Of a stretch of DNA of 64,000 nucleotides, positions 1 through 11,197 are shown in pieces. Position 1 is the first letter of the stretch. The number at the start of each line of letters is the position of its first letter. A program made the position numbers and the translations under genes. Source of the DNA: Cyanobacteria bacterium P01_D01_bin.156 (GTDB lineage Bacteria; Cyanobacteriota; Cyanobacteriia; Phormidesmidales; Phormidesmidaceae); contig JBCCQQ010000026.1 in assembly GCA_039024555.1 (NCBI GenBank), positions 12,239 to 76,238 of the forward strand. The letters are read 5' to 3'. Under the pieces are notes generated by a model. That model saw nothing but the letters and a program-made list of their open reading frames with translations, did not search any database and was not told where the DNA came from.

Positions 1-1
1 T

Positions 2-277
2 CCAGATATTTTGGTCAATGCCGGTGGGGTAACCGTCAGCTACTTTGAATGGGTCCAAAATCGTAGCGGTTTGTATTGGACATTAGAAGACGTTAACCAA
101 CGGCTAAAACAACAGATGGTTACAGCCGCCAACACCATTTGGCAGCTGGCCCAAAAACACCAGACATCCGTGCGGACTGCTGCCTACATTCATGCCCTCA
201 ATGGGTTAGGAGCGGCGATGGATGCCCGTGGTACCCGAGATTATTTTGCCAGGGGAGTGGGCAGTTCGCTTCGCTAG
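2..277 (+). CDS. gdhA: Glu/Leu/Phe/Val dehydrogenase, C-terminal part (truncated by window start)
   Basis: Frame open from position 2: PDILVNAGGVTVSYFEWVQN, the conserved C-terminal motif of glutamate dehydrogenases. Confidence 0.9.
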   Translation, partial: PDILVNAGGVTVSYFEWVQNRSGLYWTLEDVNQRLKQQMVTAANTIWQLAQKHQTSVRTAAYIHALNGLGAAMDARGTRDYFARGVGSSLR

Positions 278-592
278 ACGGAGGGGAGTAAGGGCATGGG
301 GATGGCAACGCTCAGGAGTTTCTAATCGTTTTAAGCCTAGATTCAAGAAAAATTAATCCCAACCTAAAAAGTGTTTTTTGCTTCCATGGAATGCTGGTAG
401 CGTGCCTGTAACTTAGCATTTGCCAATTTGAGAAACAGCTGTCGGTCAAGGCTAATTTTTGGCATGTATGCTCTTTGGAAGTCTTATCTATCAAAGATTT
501 CTAGGAATTTGCCCCAATTCTTAGTTGACTCAACAGTTGGTAACTCATGGCAGTTGAGTGAATGGCATCCTATCAATAAGAGACTCTAGAAT

Positions 593-1102
593 ATGGCACG
601 TTTTTCTAAGCTTATTTCGCAATGCTTAAAGGCCGCTGGTGTTGGGCTGACTAGTTTGTTAATTGCTTTCCCCGCAACAGCTCAGTCAGAACCATCCATT
701 TCTCAGATTGCTGGCTCCAGTGATTCCTTTGATGTCCTGACAGCTCTTTTAGAGCATGCCGGTTGGCTAGGTGCGTTCAACGGCACCAATGGGAAAGTAT
801 TTACCGTCTTCGCCCCTACAGATGATGCCTTTGGTCGTCTACCTGAGGGAACGATCGAAAGTCTCTACAAACCTGAAAATAGAGAGACCCTATATGATGT
901 TCTTGCCTATCATGTCATTGGTGGTAGCGTAACCTCCGATCAGCTTGCTTCAGGCGATGTGGGTTCTAAAAATGGACTACCGCTAGCGGTGAATGTGGGT
1001 CAGCAGGTAACTGTCAATGATGCCACTGTAGTTGCTGCTGATATTACTGCCAGCAATGGGGTAATTCACGTCATCGATACGGTATTGATTCCAAAACGCT
1101 AA
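593..1102 (+). CDS. Fasciclin (FAS1) domain protein, secreted
   Basis: Signal-peptide-like N-terminus; FTVFAPTDDAF, LAYHVI and NGVIHVIDTVL FAS1 motifs. Confidence 0.92.
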   Translation: MARFSKLISQCLKAAGVGLTSLLIAFPATAQSEPSISQIAGSSDSFDVLTALLEHAGWLGAFNGTNGKVFTVFAPTDDAFGRLPEGTIESLYKPENRETLYDVLAYHVIGGSVTSDQLASGDVGSKNGLPLAVNVGQQVTVNDATVVAADITASNGVIHVIDTVLIPKR

Positions 1103-1229
1103 TTGCCCTGCTACTAAAATGAATGGTAACTTCACCCGTGCAGCGAGCACGGGTGAAACAGCGGTCAAGATCACCCAACTGCATGCCCGCAAGGCTATAA
1201 AATTGCTAGGCACTATCGCTGGGGCTGGG

Positions 1230-1790
1230 ATGAATAAACCATCGACTGACGTATCGTCTTCACCTATTCAGACATTTATAAAATCCAATGCCAAGTTGGT
1301 TTCCATTGCCGTTGCGATCGCGGTGGTGGTTCGTCTGTTTATTGCAGAACCTCGGTTTATTCCATCCAATTCCATGGACCCCACCTTGCATATTGGCGAT
1401 CGCTTACTGATTGAAAAAGTATCCTATCGGTTTCATGGTCCCCACCATGGAGACATTGTCGTATTTGAGCCACCGCCACAGCTACAGGCCGTTGGCTATC
1501 GAGCCGATCAGGCCTTTATTAAACGGGTGATTGGGCTACCGGGGGATACGGTTAGCGTGCAACAGGGCCAGGTATACCGTAACAGTCGGCCCCTGGAGGA
1601 GCCCTATATTTTAGAAGAGCCCGCTTATGATATGCAGCCGTTGACAGTGCCCGAGAGCAGCTTATTTGTTATGGGCGACAATCGCAACGATAGTAATGAC
1701 GGTCACATTTGGGGATTTTTACCCATCGAAAATGTGATCGGCCATGCCACCCTTAGATTTTGGCCCTTAGAAGATGTTGGAACTGTATAG
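1230..1790 (+). CDS. lepB: Signal peptidase I
   Basis: IPSNSMDPTL (Ser), FIKRVIGLPGD (Lys), GDNRNDSND boxes; single N-terminal TM. ATG at 1230 chosen; ORF is open from 1119. Confidence 0.93.
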   Translation: MNKPSTDVSSSPIQTFIKSNAKLVSIAVAIAVVVRLFIAEPRFIPSNSMDPTLHIGDRLLIEKVSYRFHGPHHGDIVVFEPPPQLQAVGYRADQAFIKRVIGLPGDTVSVQQGQVYRNSRPLEEPYILEEPAYDMQPLTVPESSLFVMGDNRNDSNDGHIWGFLPIENVIGHATLRFWPLEDVGTV

Positions 1791-2026
1791 CTAAACATTA
1801 GATCGGCGGGGGGTCGGAGAGGAAAGCCCTGAGCATCCCTTTTCTCTATGGCCGATAATTCACCTTTCAAGTCCTGTTCAATATCAAAAATTATGCGTTA
1901 AATGCATTAATCCAGTTACATTAACCATAGACGGCGGAATACCGAACCTCCTACCTGGGTAAGCTTTGTTAGGCTAAGCAAAGGGAGATTGTCCTAATTT
2001 CGCGATCGCACTGAGGAGCTTCGGCT

Positions 2027-3001
2027 ATGGCAGCAACTGACTTCAAAGATTATTACCAAGTTCTCGGGGTCAGTAAATCTGCCAGTAACGACGATATTAA
2101 ACGGGCCTTTCGTAAGCTAGCTCGGAAGTATCACCCGGATGTCAATCCTGGGGATAAGGTGGCTGAAGCCAAGTTCAAAGAGATCAACGAAGCCAACGAA
2201 ATTTTATCGGACCCAGAAAAGCGCCGCAAATACGATCAGTTTGGTCGCTATTGGCAGCAAGCGGGCGGACGACCAGGCACTACGGGCGGTCCCACAGACT
2301 TTGGCGGCTTTGACTTTAGCAACTACGGTAGCTTTAATGAGCTCCTGAATGAACTGTTGGGAGGACTGGGCGGCGGCGGTGCCCGCACTAGCTACCGTCA
2401 ACCCAATGGCGCGCCTGGCGGGTTTGGTTTTGAGAGTCAACAACGCCCTAATGCGTCCGCCAATCAGTTTGATCAAGAGGCCAGTATTAGCCTAGCCATG
2501 GCTGATGCTTTTAAGGGTGCCCAAAGGAAGTTTCGCATTGGTGGCGATGCCATTACGGTGAAAATTCCCGCTGGTGTGAAACCCGGCAGCAAGATTCGTC
2601 TGCGGGGTAAGGGGCAAATGAATCCCTACACCCAGCAACGGGGCGATATTTATCTAACGGTGGAGATCCAGGATCATTCCTTCTTTAAGTTTGATGGGGA
2701 CAACCTGGTATGTGAGGTGGCCATCTCCCCCGATGAAGCGGTGCTAGGGGCTAAAGTGGATGTGCCCACCCCCGATGGCAGTGTGACAGTCAATGTTCCA
2801 GCGGGTATTCGTTCTGGGCAAACCCTACGATTACGGGGTAAAGGGTGGCCCAAACCCAAGGGTAATCGCACCGACCAGCTGGTTAAGGTGATGATTAAGG
2901 CTCCTAAAACAGTTAGCGACAAAGAGCGAGCCCTGTATGAACAGCTGCGTGATTTGCGGAGCTACAATCCGCGCCAGGATCTACAAAACGTAAAGCTATA
3001 G
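2027..3001 (+). CDS. DnaJ class II (CbpA-like) co-chaperone
   Basis: J domain with HPD, G/F-rich linker, C-terminal substrate-binding domains, no zinc finger; GAGGAG RBS. Confidence 0.92.
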   Translation: MAATDFKDYYQVLGVSKSASNDDIKRAFRKLARKYHPDVNPGDKVAEAKFKEINEANEILSDPEKRRKYDQFGRYWQQAGGRPGTTGGPTDFGGFDFSNYGSFNELLNELLGGLGGGGARTSYRQPNGAPGGFGFESQQRPNASANQFDQEASISLAMADAFKGAQRKFRIGGDAITVKIPAGVKPGSKIRLRGKGQMNPYTQQRGDIYLTVEIQDHSFFKFDGDNLVCEVAISPDEAVLGAKVDVPTPDGSVTVNVPAGIRSGQTLRLRGKGWPKPKGNRTDQLVKVMIKAPKTVSDKERALYEQLRDLRSYNPRQDLQNVKL

Positions 3002-3035
3002 ATTTTTGTTCCATAGAGCATATGGAGCGTGGGCT

Positions 3036-3335
3036 CTATAGCGATTCCACTTCGGTTAGTAAGTCTTGGACAAAAGCTTCAACATTATCTAGCAAATCCA
3101 TATTGCCGAGGGCTTGCCATTCGTCGGGGGTGTATTTTCCATCGTCACCGATGACGTCTTGCACCCAGTGGGCCAGGTTACTTGTATTTTGAAACAGTTC
3201 CTGGGCTTTAGCGTTAGTATTGCCTTCTACTTTGGCGGCAAGACACACGCTTAGTAATTGGCCCAGCCGGGTTTCTGGTGTGGTGGATAGGAGTACTGCG
3301 ATCGCAGTAGTGACGTCGGCTTGATTGGTGGACAT
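3036..3335 (-). CDS. Hypothetical protein (99 aa)
   Basis: ATG-start ORF filling the intergenic gap, protein-like composition. Confidence 0.7.
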   Translation of the reverse strand: MSTNQADVTTAIAVLLSTTPETRLGQLLSVCLAAKVEGNTNAKAQELFQNTSNLAHWVQDVIGDDGKYTPDEWQALGNMDLLDNVEAFVQDLLTEVESL

Positions 3336-3517
3336 GGCAGTGAATATCAGCAGTGGATTGCATGCCAGGAAATTTAACCGACTTTGGGAATCGGCATATT
3401 ATCTGCCTTAAAAAAAGACAGTTTATAAATACAAAAGTAAAGACTACATGAGCCCTAAGAGATTTTTCTGAAAAAGTCTTGGGGGTCAGCCAGGGATTGC
3501 GTTAATCGTCTATTGCC

Positions 3518-4444
3518 CTACATTGGCTCCCCCACAAGGGTTTGGGTAAGTCGTTGCGTCAAAAAATCAACAAACGTTTGAACTCTTAGAGAATGCCGAC
3601 GATTGGGTAGATAGAGAGCATAAATTCCTGTATCTAAATCCAAATGCGGATGAAACAGATATTCTTCTAATACAGCCTCTAATCGATTTGCACAAAGATC
3701 TGCACCGATTAACCAGGTTGGCATCAAAATTAAACCCACACCGTCTAAACAAGCTTGCCGCAATACTTCAGAGTTATTGGCAACAATTGAGCCATGCACC
3801 TTCACCTCACAGACTTCTTGCTCTCGCTTAAATCGCCAAATGTCTGCCCCGATGGAATAGCGGAAACACAGGCAGTTATGATTCGCTAATTCGTCTGGAT
3901 GGGTGGGTTTGCCATGCTGTTGAAAATAGTTGGGACTGCCACAGACTTTACGCTCATGAGATGCCAACTTGCGTACAATCCAAGCTGAGCCCGAACGGTC
4001 GAGGTTACCAATTCGAATCACAATGTCTAGACCTTCTTCAACTGGATTGGCTAGAGAGTCGCTAAAGGTCAAATGCAATTGCATCTCTGGATATTGGGCC
4101 AAAAATTCTCCTAGAAGTGATGCAACATGAAGGCGTCCAAAAGCAACAGGTAAACTAACTCGCAACACCCCTCGGGGAACCTCATCTTGTTCAGTGACCG
4201 AGAGATTAGCAGCCTCGACATCCTGAAGAATTTGCACCACTTTATCGTAATAGCGCTGCCCCTGGGGAGTCAGGGTGACCCGGCGTGTAGAGCGATTCAG
4301 TAACTGAGTATGCAGCATCGCTTCTAGAGAATTAACCTGACGGGTGACAGAAGAAACAGCCACTCCCAGTTGGCGTGCAGCTTCTGAAAACCCACGGGTT
4401 TCTACTACTTTGGCAAACGACCGCATGGCCGAGAACTGATCCAT
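3518..4444 (-). CDS. LysR-family transcriptional regulator (CrgA-like)
   Basis: N-terminal HTH (FSEAARQLGVAVSSVTRQVNSLE...LLNRSTRRVTLT) plus PBP2 substrate domain. Confidence 0.95.
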   Translation of the reverse strand: MDQFSAMRSFAKVVETRGFSEAARQLGVAVSSVTRQVNSLEAMLHTQLLNRSTRRVTLTPQGQRYYDKVVQILQDVEAANLSVTEQDEVPRGVLRVSLPVAFGRLHVASLLGEFLAQYPEMQLHLTFSDSLANPVEEGLDIVIRIGNLDRSGSAWIVRKLASHERKVCGSPNYFQQHGKPTHPDELANHNCLCFRYSIGADIWRFKREQEVCEVKVHGSIVANNSEVLRQACLDGVGLILMPTWLIGADLCANRLEAVLEEYLFHPHLDLDTGIYALYLPNRRHSLRVQTFVDFLTQRLTQTLVGEPM

Positions 4445-4457
4445 GACTGCCTCATTT

Positions 4458-4472
4458 TTGCAAAAAACGCAA
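4458..4472. promoter_or_regulatory. Putative LysR T-N11-A recognition box
   Basis: TTGC-AAAAAAC-GCAA dyad just upstream of the LysR start, in the divergent promoter. Confidence 0.6.
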
Positions 4473-4583
4473 AGATATTTACTCTAAAAGTCATATTAAC
4501 ATCTATATCGAATGAGGTTAGAGTGAGATTGTCGTCACAGAAATGGCACTAACAACGTATTCACAACAACTCAGGAGAAAAAT

Positions 4584-5327
4584 ATGCAGACTCTACAAGG
4601 TAAGGCAGCCATTGTTACAGGTTCTTCCAAGGGTATTGGGGCAGCGATCGCAAAACAATTAGCCGCTGAAGGTGCCCATGTCATCATTAACTATGGACGC
4701 TCAGCAGCAGCAGCCCAAGACGTGTTAGAAGACATTCAAGCTCAGGGTGGACAGGCAACGATAGTTCAAGCAGACATGTCCACCGTTGAAGGTGTGGAAA
4801 CCCTCTTTGCCGAAGCGGACCGAGTGTTCGGTGGTCGGCTCGATATTCTAGTCAACAATGCTGGATTTTTTCCATTGAGCACCCTAGACGAATCTACAAC
4901 AGAAGATTTTGAGAAGATTGTCAATTTGAATATTCGCGGAGTGTTTCTGGCTGCTCGTGAAGCCGTCAAGCGGATGGGTGAAGGGAGCAGAATTATCAAT
5001 ATCGGCAGTATCTTTGGTGAACGTATGCCCCTGCCAGGCATTGGACTATATACCATGAGTAAGTTTGCGATCGCTGGCTTTACTCGCGCCTGGTCAAGAG
5101 ACTTAGGGCCTCGAAAAATCACCGTGAACACTGTCCAGCCTGGTCCTATCGATACAGACCTCAATCCGGCTGAAGGTGAATTTGCAGAGCAGATTCTGCC
5201 GTACACCGCCCTAGGGCGCTACGGACACCCTAAGGAAGTTTCTGCCCTGGTCGCATTTCTCGCTTCAGAAGCCGCAGCCTACATTACTGGTGCAGCGTTA
5301 ACAGTTGATGGCGGCACGAATGCTTAG
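4584..5327 (+). CDS. Short-chain dehydrogenase/reductase (FabG-like)
   Basis: TGSSKGIG, NNAG and YTMSK motifs. Confidence 0.95.
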   Translation: MQTLQGKAAIVTGSSKGIGAAIAKQLAAEGAHVIINYGRSAAAAQDVLEDIQAQGGQATIVQADMSTVEGVETLFAEADRVFGGRLDILVNNAGFFPLSTLDESTTEDFEKIVNLNIRGVFLAAREAVKRMGEGSRIINIGSIFGERMPLPGIGLYTMSKFAIAGFTRAWSRDLGPRKITVNTVQPGPIDTDLNPAEGEFAEQILPYTALGRYGHPKEVSALVAFLASEAAAYITGAALTVDGGTNA

Positions 5328-5452
5328 AACTGAACTGCGTAATCTATACAGGTTGACGTTAACAGTACCGTTGACCTGATGATAAGAGTAGTAAAAAAAT
5401 CTCACAGGTTAATAATATTCAATTCGCGATCTCATACCCCAAGGAGAACGTT

Positions 5453-6094
5453 ATGAATCTCACCATCACCATCACGTCTGACTTTATCTGTCCCTGGTGT
5501 TATGTTGTAGAAACTCGTCTGAAACAAGCTCTGACTCAGCTACGATCTGACGTGAAAGTTGAATGGATCTGGCACCCTTTCGAACTGAATCCCACCATGC
5601 CCACTGCAGGGATAGATCGTAAAACTTACCGTGCTAACAAATTTGGCAGTTGGAAATATTCGCAGCTGCTTGATACTAAAACAATTCAGGCAACTCAGAA
5701 TGACGGCATCGAGTTTCGTTACGACCTGATAAAGATTACCCCTAACACGCTAAAGGCCCATCGCCTCACTTGGTTTGCGGCCCAGCAAAACAGTGCCACA
5801 GCAATGGCAGAACGCATCTTTAAAGCTTATTTCACGGAAGGACAGGATATTACTAATCGTACCATCCTCACTCAACTCGCTGTAGAAGCTGGCCTAGAGC
5901 AAGATGCTGTCTACTCTTTTCTAATCTCCAATACAGGCATTCAGGAGATTCGAGAGCTAGAACACCAAGCCATTGCTGATGGTATCCAAGGGGTTCCTCA
6001 TGTTCGTATCCATGAGCAGGTGTTATCTGAAGCCCAGCCATCGGAAGCCTACTTAAAGGCATTGCAAAATGCACTACAAACTGCCGCAGTGTAA
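5453..6094 (+). CDS. DsbA family FrnE-like oxidoreductase
   Basis: SDFICPWCY, PFELNP and GIQGVP motifs. Confidence 0.92.
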   Translation: MNLTITITSDFICPWCYVVETRLKQALTQLRSDVKVEWIWHPFELNPTMPTAGIDRKTYRANKFGSWKYSQLLDTKTIQATQNDGIEFRYDLIKITPNTLKAHRLTWFAAQQNSATAMAERIFKAYFTEGQDITNRTILTQLAVEAGLEQDAVYSFLISNTGIQEIRELEHQAIADGIQGVPHVRIHEQVLSEAQPSEAYLKALQNALQTAAV

Positions 6095-6113
6095 CACTTA
6101 ACAAGAGGAGATT

Positions 6114-7316
6114 ATGATTCAGACAAAGGAATCTTTCCATCAGGCCAAGGCTATCGTCATTGGGGGGTCTCTGGCCGGGCTCTTTACCGGTATTCTACTG
6201 CGCTCGATTGGCTGGAAGGTAGACATTTACGAGCGCTCATCCCATGACTTTAGCAGTCGGGGTGGGGGAATTGTACTCCAACCAGAAATTTTGGCAGCGT
6301 TTCATCAGGCCAATGTCACCTATGAAGAGCCTCTGGGTGTGGTTGCTAATGAGCGCCTTTACCTGAAGCCTGACGGTAGCATCGCTCAGCGGATGACGAT
6401 GAGACAAACTCTGACGTCGTGGAATCTACTGTACGGCACCATGCGGCGGCACTTTCCAAATCATCACTATCACGTCGGTAAAACGCTGACAGAGATTCAA
6501 CAAACCGATGACCAGGTTACAGCCACCTTTGCCGATGGAACACAGGCCACTGCTGCTCTCTTGATCGGTGCAGATGGGGCGGATTCCACGGTACGGCAAC
6601 AGCTTTTACCAAGCTATCAACCTAGCTATGCAGGCTATATTGCCTATCGCGGATTAGTCAATGAATCTGACCTCTCTGAGAAGACCGCAGCACTCTTGAC
6701 TGAACGATTTGTGTTTCAACAGTTGCCCAATTCTCACATTTTGCAATATGTGATTCCTGGGGAAAATGAGTCCTTGGTACCGGGCAAGCGGCGCTTTAAC
6801 TGGGTCTGGTATGTTAACTACGATGAGGTAACAGAGCTGCCTAAGATTCTGACTGATAAAACAGGACAACAGCGCGATGCCTCAGTACCCCCAGGGCTTA
6901 TGGCTCCAGCCATTGAACAACAGATGCAAGACTATGCCAGTCAGGTGCTAGCGCCTCCGTTTCAGACGCTGGTGAAAGCCACTCAAGAACCCTTTGTGCA
7001 GGCTATTCGAGATCTGGGCATACCACAAATGGCCTTTGGCCGGGTAGCACTGGTCGGGGATGCGGCATTTATTCCTCGGCCCCATACAGCAGCAGGCGTT
7101 TCTAAAGGAGCAGCAAATGCACTCTCTCTTGCAGAGGCATTAGTCAGTCACAACCATAATGTGAAACAAGTTCTAGAAATGTGGGAAACCGATCAATTAT
7201 GGTTAGGCATGAACTTATGGCGCAGGGGACAGGAGTTAGGAAATCGTTCTCAATTTACCCACGGTAAAGAACGTTTTGGGCCTAAAAACAAAGTTTCAAA
7301 CCTAGTACGACATTAG
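6114..7316 (+). CDS. FAD-dependent monooxygenase (2,6-dihydroxypyridine hydroxylase-like)
   Basis: GGSLAG, GADG and LVGDAAFIPRPHTAAG motifs. Confidence 0.88.
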   Translation: MIQTKESFHQAKAIVIGGSLAGLFTGILLRSIGWKVDIYERSSHDFSSRGGGIVLQPEILAAFHQANVTYEEPLGVVANERLYLKPDGSIAQRMTMRQTLTSWNLLYGTMRRHFPNHHYHVGKTLTEIQQTDDQVTATFADGTQATAALLIGADGADSTVRQQLLPSYQPSYAGYIAYRGLVNESDLSEKTAALLTERFVFQQLPNSHILQYVIPGENESLVPGKRRFNWVWYVNYDEVTELPKILTDKTGQQRDASVPPGLMAPAIEQQMQDYASQVLAPPFQTLVKATQEPFVQAIRDLGIPQMAFGRVALVGDAAFIPRPHTAAGVSKGAANALSLAEALVSHNHNVKQVLEMWETDQLWLGMNLWRRGQELGNRSQFTHGKERFGPKNKVSNLVRH

Positions 7317-7375
7317 CGCTAAGTAAAAACCGCTCTAATGTTCAATCTGGGTGACATTGGAGGTACTTTTTAATT

Positions 7376-8722
7376 CTAAGGACGATTAGCTAGGTCAGTA
7401 ACATAGCGTTCTCCATTAAACACTAGACTAGGTTCTGTTGATTCTGCAGCATCCGTCTCAGTAGTTTCTTTATAAGCAGCGGCTGTATCAGGGGCTGTTT
7501 GAGGTTCCGCAGAGTTAGTATCTAAAGCATTTTCGAGTTCTGAAACTCTTTCTAGTTGTTCATCAAGCTGTTGGGCAATGTCTGTTTGGTTTTCCAACTC
7601 ACCGGTATAAGAAACTAAGTCCGATAGGCCCGTGAGTAAACTTCGTACCTGGTCCCGCAGTGTGGGATCGCCCGTGAGCGTATCCACATCCGCCATAATC
7701 TTTTGGGCACTTTGAAATACATCTCTAGCTGATTCGATAGTTTGCTGTAGCAGCACAAGATTTTCACTCGTACTCAAAGTAGAGGAAATATCTCGCAAAT
7801 CCTGAGAGGCAACGGCAGCATTGTTGGCCAATAGCTCCAGGTTCTCGACCAGGGTACCTTCTTGAATAACTGGAGACAGCGTATCCATCGCCAGTCGCAG
7901 CTGCCCGGTACTAGCGCTAATGTTGTCTAAAGTAATGGTTAGATTGTCCTGGTTAGCCGCTAGGATGCCATTTACCTGGGTAAGGGTTTGTTCTAGCTGC
8001 TCGGCAGTGCGCACAGTAGTAGCCTCCAACTGCTCAGCAGCCTCTGAAACAGATATCAAGGTTTGCTGGGCGGAAGCAGACACTGGCTGAATCTGGGTGC
8101 GTACATCTTTGGCAATCAAGGTGACTTCATCCGTAAGCCCCACCATGTTGCTAGAAATCTCTCGGGTATTGGCTAAAATCTCCCGCAAATCATCTAACGT
8201 CTGAGTGTCATCGAGGGCTGTGGATAGGGCATCAGAAATTTGTTGTGAGGACTCCAGCAAGTCTTCGTAGTTAACCCCCACTACGCCCTCAATGCGATCG
8301 CCATTGCACAAAATTAAATTGCTATCGCAGCCCTGGGTCGTAGGAGCAAGCACTGAATCATCCATCAAACTGGTGGGCGATGGTGGCTGAATAGAAATGG
8401 TGGTTTCACCAATCAGACCCGACTGACTGGTTTTAACAACGGATTCAGCGGGAATTCGTAAATCGCTTCGATTAATTTCAACTTCCACGGTCACCGTGTT
8501 AGACCCCGGTGCAATCCGGACAATTTGCCCCACCGGCACCCCTCGATAGCTGACGGAAGACCCTTCTTGGATACCGCTGGCACTTTCAAAATCCACTAGC
8601 AGACGATAACTACGTTGGCCGAAGGTAACACCACGTAGCCACATTGCCAGTCCGCCAAACAGGGCCACTCCCGCCAGTATTAGCAGCCCTACAGAGCCTT
8701 CACGAATGGTTCTTGCACGCAT
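7376..8722 (-). CDS. mlaD: MlaD/MCE family lipid transport protein (Ycf22/TGD2-like)
   Basis: REGSVGLLIL N-terminal TM, MCE domain (GSSVSYRGVPVG, SGLIGET), helical C-terminus. Confidence 0.9.
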   Translation of the reverse strand: MRARTIREGSVGLLILAGVALFGGLAMWLRGVTFGQRSYRLLVDFESASGIQEGSSVSYRGVPVGQIVRIAPGSNTVTVEVEINRSDLRIPAESVVKTSQSGLIGETTISIQPPSPTSLMDDSVLAPTTQGCDSNLILCNGDRIEGVVGVNYEDLLESSQQISDALSTALDDTQTLDDLREILANTREISSNMVGLTDEVTLIAKDVRTQIQPVSASAQQTLISVSEAAEQLEATTVRTAEQLEQTLTQVNGILAANQDNLTITLDNISASTGQLRLAMDTLSPVIQEGTLVENLELLANNAAVASQDLRDISSTLSTSENLVLLQQTIESARDVFQSAQKIMADVDTLTGDPTLRDQVRSLLTGLSDLVSYTGELENQTDIAQQLDEQLERVSELENALDTNSAEPQTAPDTAAAYKETTETDAAESTEPSLVFNGERYVTDLANRP

Positions 8723-8882
8723 GTTTTCCTATGGGTTAGTGGGTAGACAGTACAGCCAGTCGTACACCCTTGGAAAATTATACGGGCCTTGGCTGATCTG
8801 CAGAATGATTTTAGTTTTCAACCCTGACTGAGTGAAAGAGCTCTTAAGACATTTCACATTCTCTAAATCAGCAGTGCTGCTA

Positions 8883-9710
8883 TCAATTAGCAACCCGAAT
8901 GGGGCCATCAATTGCAGCATTAAAAAACTGTCGCACATAGGGATTAGGTGTGGAATCAATTTCTTCCACTGGCCCCATCCATTGAATTGAGCCCTGATGC
9001 AGCATGACCACTCGATCGGCAGTTCGGCGGATGGTGCTGTCCTGGTGGGTGACGATTAGATAAGTGCTGCAGCCTCGATTTCCGTGAATATTGCGAATCA
9101 GGTCTTCGATCACGGTGGAGGCGATGGGGTCTAGACCCGCGGTCGGTTCGTCATAGAGCAGTACGGTGGGTTTTTGGGTGGATTCTTGGGGGTTGCTAAT
9201 GACGGCTCTGGCAAAGCTGACGCGTTTACGCATACCGCCAGAGAGCTCGGCGGGGTAGCGATCGCAAATATTGGGCAACCCGACCATGGCCAGCGCGTTC
9301 TTAGTTAGCTCCCCAATATCACGGTCCGATAGGTTTGAATTTTGATACAGGGAAAACCCTACATTTTCCTGCACCGTTAAGGAGTCGAATAGGGCCGCCT
9401 GCTGAAACACCATGCCAATATTCACCGGATCTTTAGCATCCTCAATCAGGCCACGGCGCTGCTGCCCTGCTACAAAAATGTCGCCGCTGTCGGGGGCCAG
9501 CAGTCCGGCAATGATGCGCAAAATCGTAGACTTACCGGTCCCTGACGGGCCGATCAGCGCCACCGCCTCCCCTGGCATCACCGTTAGGTCTACATTATCC
9601 AGTACTTGATTATTGCCAAATCGTTTGGAAATACCCTTGAGTTCCAAAATTGGATCATCCCCGTCGCAGGGTGAGGGGGGAACAATGTCGTTGACTTGGG
9701 AGACAGACAT
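8883..9710 (-). CDS. mlaF: ABC transporter ATP-binding protein MlaF/TGD3-like
   Basis: GPSGTGKS, LSGGMRKRV, LLYDEPTAGLDP; upstream of mlaD. Confidence 0.92.
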   Translation of the reverse strand: MSVSQVNDIVPPSPCDGDDPILELKGISKRFGNNQVLDNVDLTVMPGEAVALIGPSGTGKSTILRIIAGLLAPDSGDIFVAGQQRRGLIEDAKDPVNIGMVFQQAALFDSLTVQENVGFSLYQNSNLSDRDIGELTKNALAMVGLPNICDRYPAELSGGMRKRVSFARAVISNPQESTQKPTVLLYDEPTAGLDPIASTVIEDLIRNIHGNRGCSTYLIVTHQDSTIRRTADRVVMLHQGSIQWMGPVEEIDSTPNPYVRQFFNAAIDGPIRVAN

Positions 9711-9792
9711 GGCGGTGGTTGCTATAACTCGTTAACGAGCTGGGGACAGCTTATGACAAGATAGCCCATGAAAAGGGCGTGAGAGAAAGCCA

Positions 9793-11169
9793 ATGCTCTT
9801 ATGGATTAGTTTAATTAGAAAATTTTTAAAGCGAAATATTCGATTTGTCTGGCAGGAGACTAAGGATTTAACGCCAGTCCACAATCGCTGGGTGCGCTGG
9901 CTATTGCCGGGGCTTTTAGTAAAACGCTGGCTATTTTTAAGTACGGTGGGCGTGGTGATGGTGGGTCTGGGGGCGATGATTTGGCTCCGATTAACCCCGG
10001 TATTTTTTACCGTCCGGTTTGTGGAAACGGTGCTACGTACTATTACCCAGTTGATTCCTCGCTATGTCAGCGGCCCCCTAGCGGTCATCTTTGGGCTGTC
10101 GTTGATTGTTTGGGGGCAGAGTCGCACCCTGGGGGCAATTACGGAGGTGCTGCTACCCGGCAGTCAGGAAAATAGCCTATGGGATGCCATAGCCGCTCAC
10201 CGCAAACTCAACCGCGGTCCTCGCATTGTGGTAGTCGGTGGTGGTACCGGGCTTTCTACAATGCTGCGGGGGCTTAAACGCTATAGCGCAAATATTACGG
10301 CCATTGTTACCGTAGCCGATGACGGGGGCTCTTCAGGACGGCTGCGCCGGGAGATGGGGGGACTGCCGCCGGGGGATATTCGCAACTGTTTGGCAGCCCT
10401 GGCAGACCAGGAAAAATTGGTTACCGAGCTGTTTCAATATCGATTTAGCAGCGGCAGTGGTCTCAGCGGACACAGTTTTGGCAACTTGTTTTTGGCGGCC
10501 ATGAATGAAGTGACCGGCGATTGGGAGAAGGCGATTGCCGCTAGCTCCCAGGTCTTGGCAGTCCGGGGGGAGGTGCTGCCGTCCACTCTCAGCGATGTTA
10601 AGCTCTGGGCTGAACTGGACGATGGGCGTCGCATCGATGGAGAGTCGAACATTACCAAGGCGCGAGGCCGCATCGTCAATATTGGTTGCACACCAGCGGC
10701 TCCACCGGCCTTGCCTAAAGCCCTAGAAGCCATTCGGGAAGCGGACTACATCATTATGGGACCGGGTAGTCTCTATACCAGCATTGTGCCTAATCTGCTG
10801 GTGCCAGAGATCGCCGATGCGATCGCATCGGCTCAGGTGCCCAGAGTCTACGTGTGCAACATCATGACAGAGCCAGGGGAGACCGACGGCTACAGCGTTT
10901 CTGAACACATTCGTGCCATTGATCGAGCTTGTGGCAAGCGATTATTTGATGCCGTTTTAGTACAAAAGCGTTCACCCACACCGGCTGCTTTAGAACGATA
11001 TCGAAAAGAAGGGGCTGAGCGAGTGGTCTTTGATCGCGATGCGGTGATTGCCTCTGGCAGACGTATCGTGATTGCCAATGTGATGAACGAAAGCCCTGAG
11101 GGGATGATCCGTCACGATCCGCCTCGCTTGGCAAAAGTACTGATGCGCTGGCATTCCAGGGTTTATTGA
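9793..11169 (+). CDS. yvcK: YvcK/UPF0052 (CofD-like) gluconeogenesis factor with N-terminal TM segments
   Basis: [32 protein letters not shown] motifs; start uncertain. Confidence 0.9.
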   Translation: MLLWISLIRKFLKRNIRFVWQETKDLTPVHNRWVRWLLPGLLVKRWLFLSTVGVVMVGLGAMIWLRLTPVFFTVRFVETVLRTITQLIPRYVSGPLAVIFGLSLIVWGQSRTLGAITEVLLPGSQENSLWDAIAAHRKLNRGPRIVVVGGGTGLSTMLRGLKRYSANITAIVTVADDGGSSGRLRREMGGLPPGDIRNCLAALADQEKLVTELFQYRFSSGSGLSGHSFGNLFLAAMNEVTGDWEKAIAASSQVLAVRGEVLPSTLSDVKLWAELDDGRRIDGESNITKARGRIVNIGCTPAAPPALPKALEAIREADYIIMGPGSLYTSIVPNLLVPEIADAIASAQVPRVYVCNIMTEPGETDGYSVSEHIRAIDRACGKRLFDAVLVQKRSPTPAALERYRKEGAERVVFDRDAVIASGRRIVIANVMNESPEGMIRHDPPRLAKVLMRWHSRVY

Positions 11170-11197
11170 TGTTGCATCTTGGGAGATTTAAATGTCC

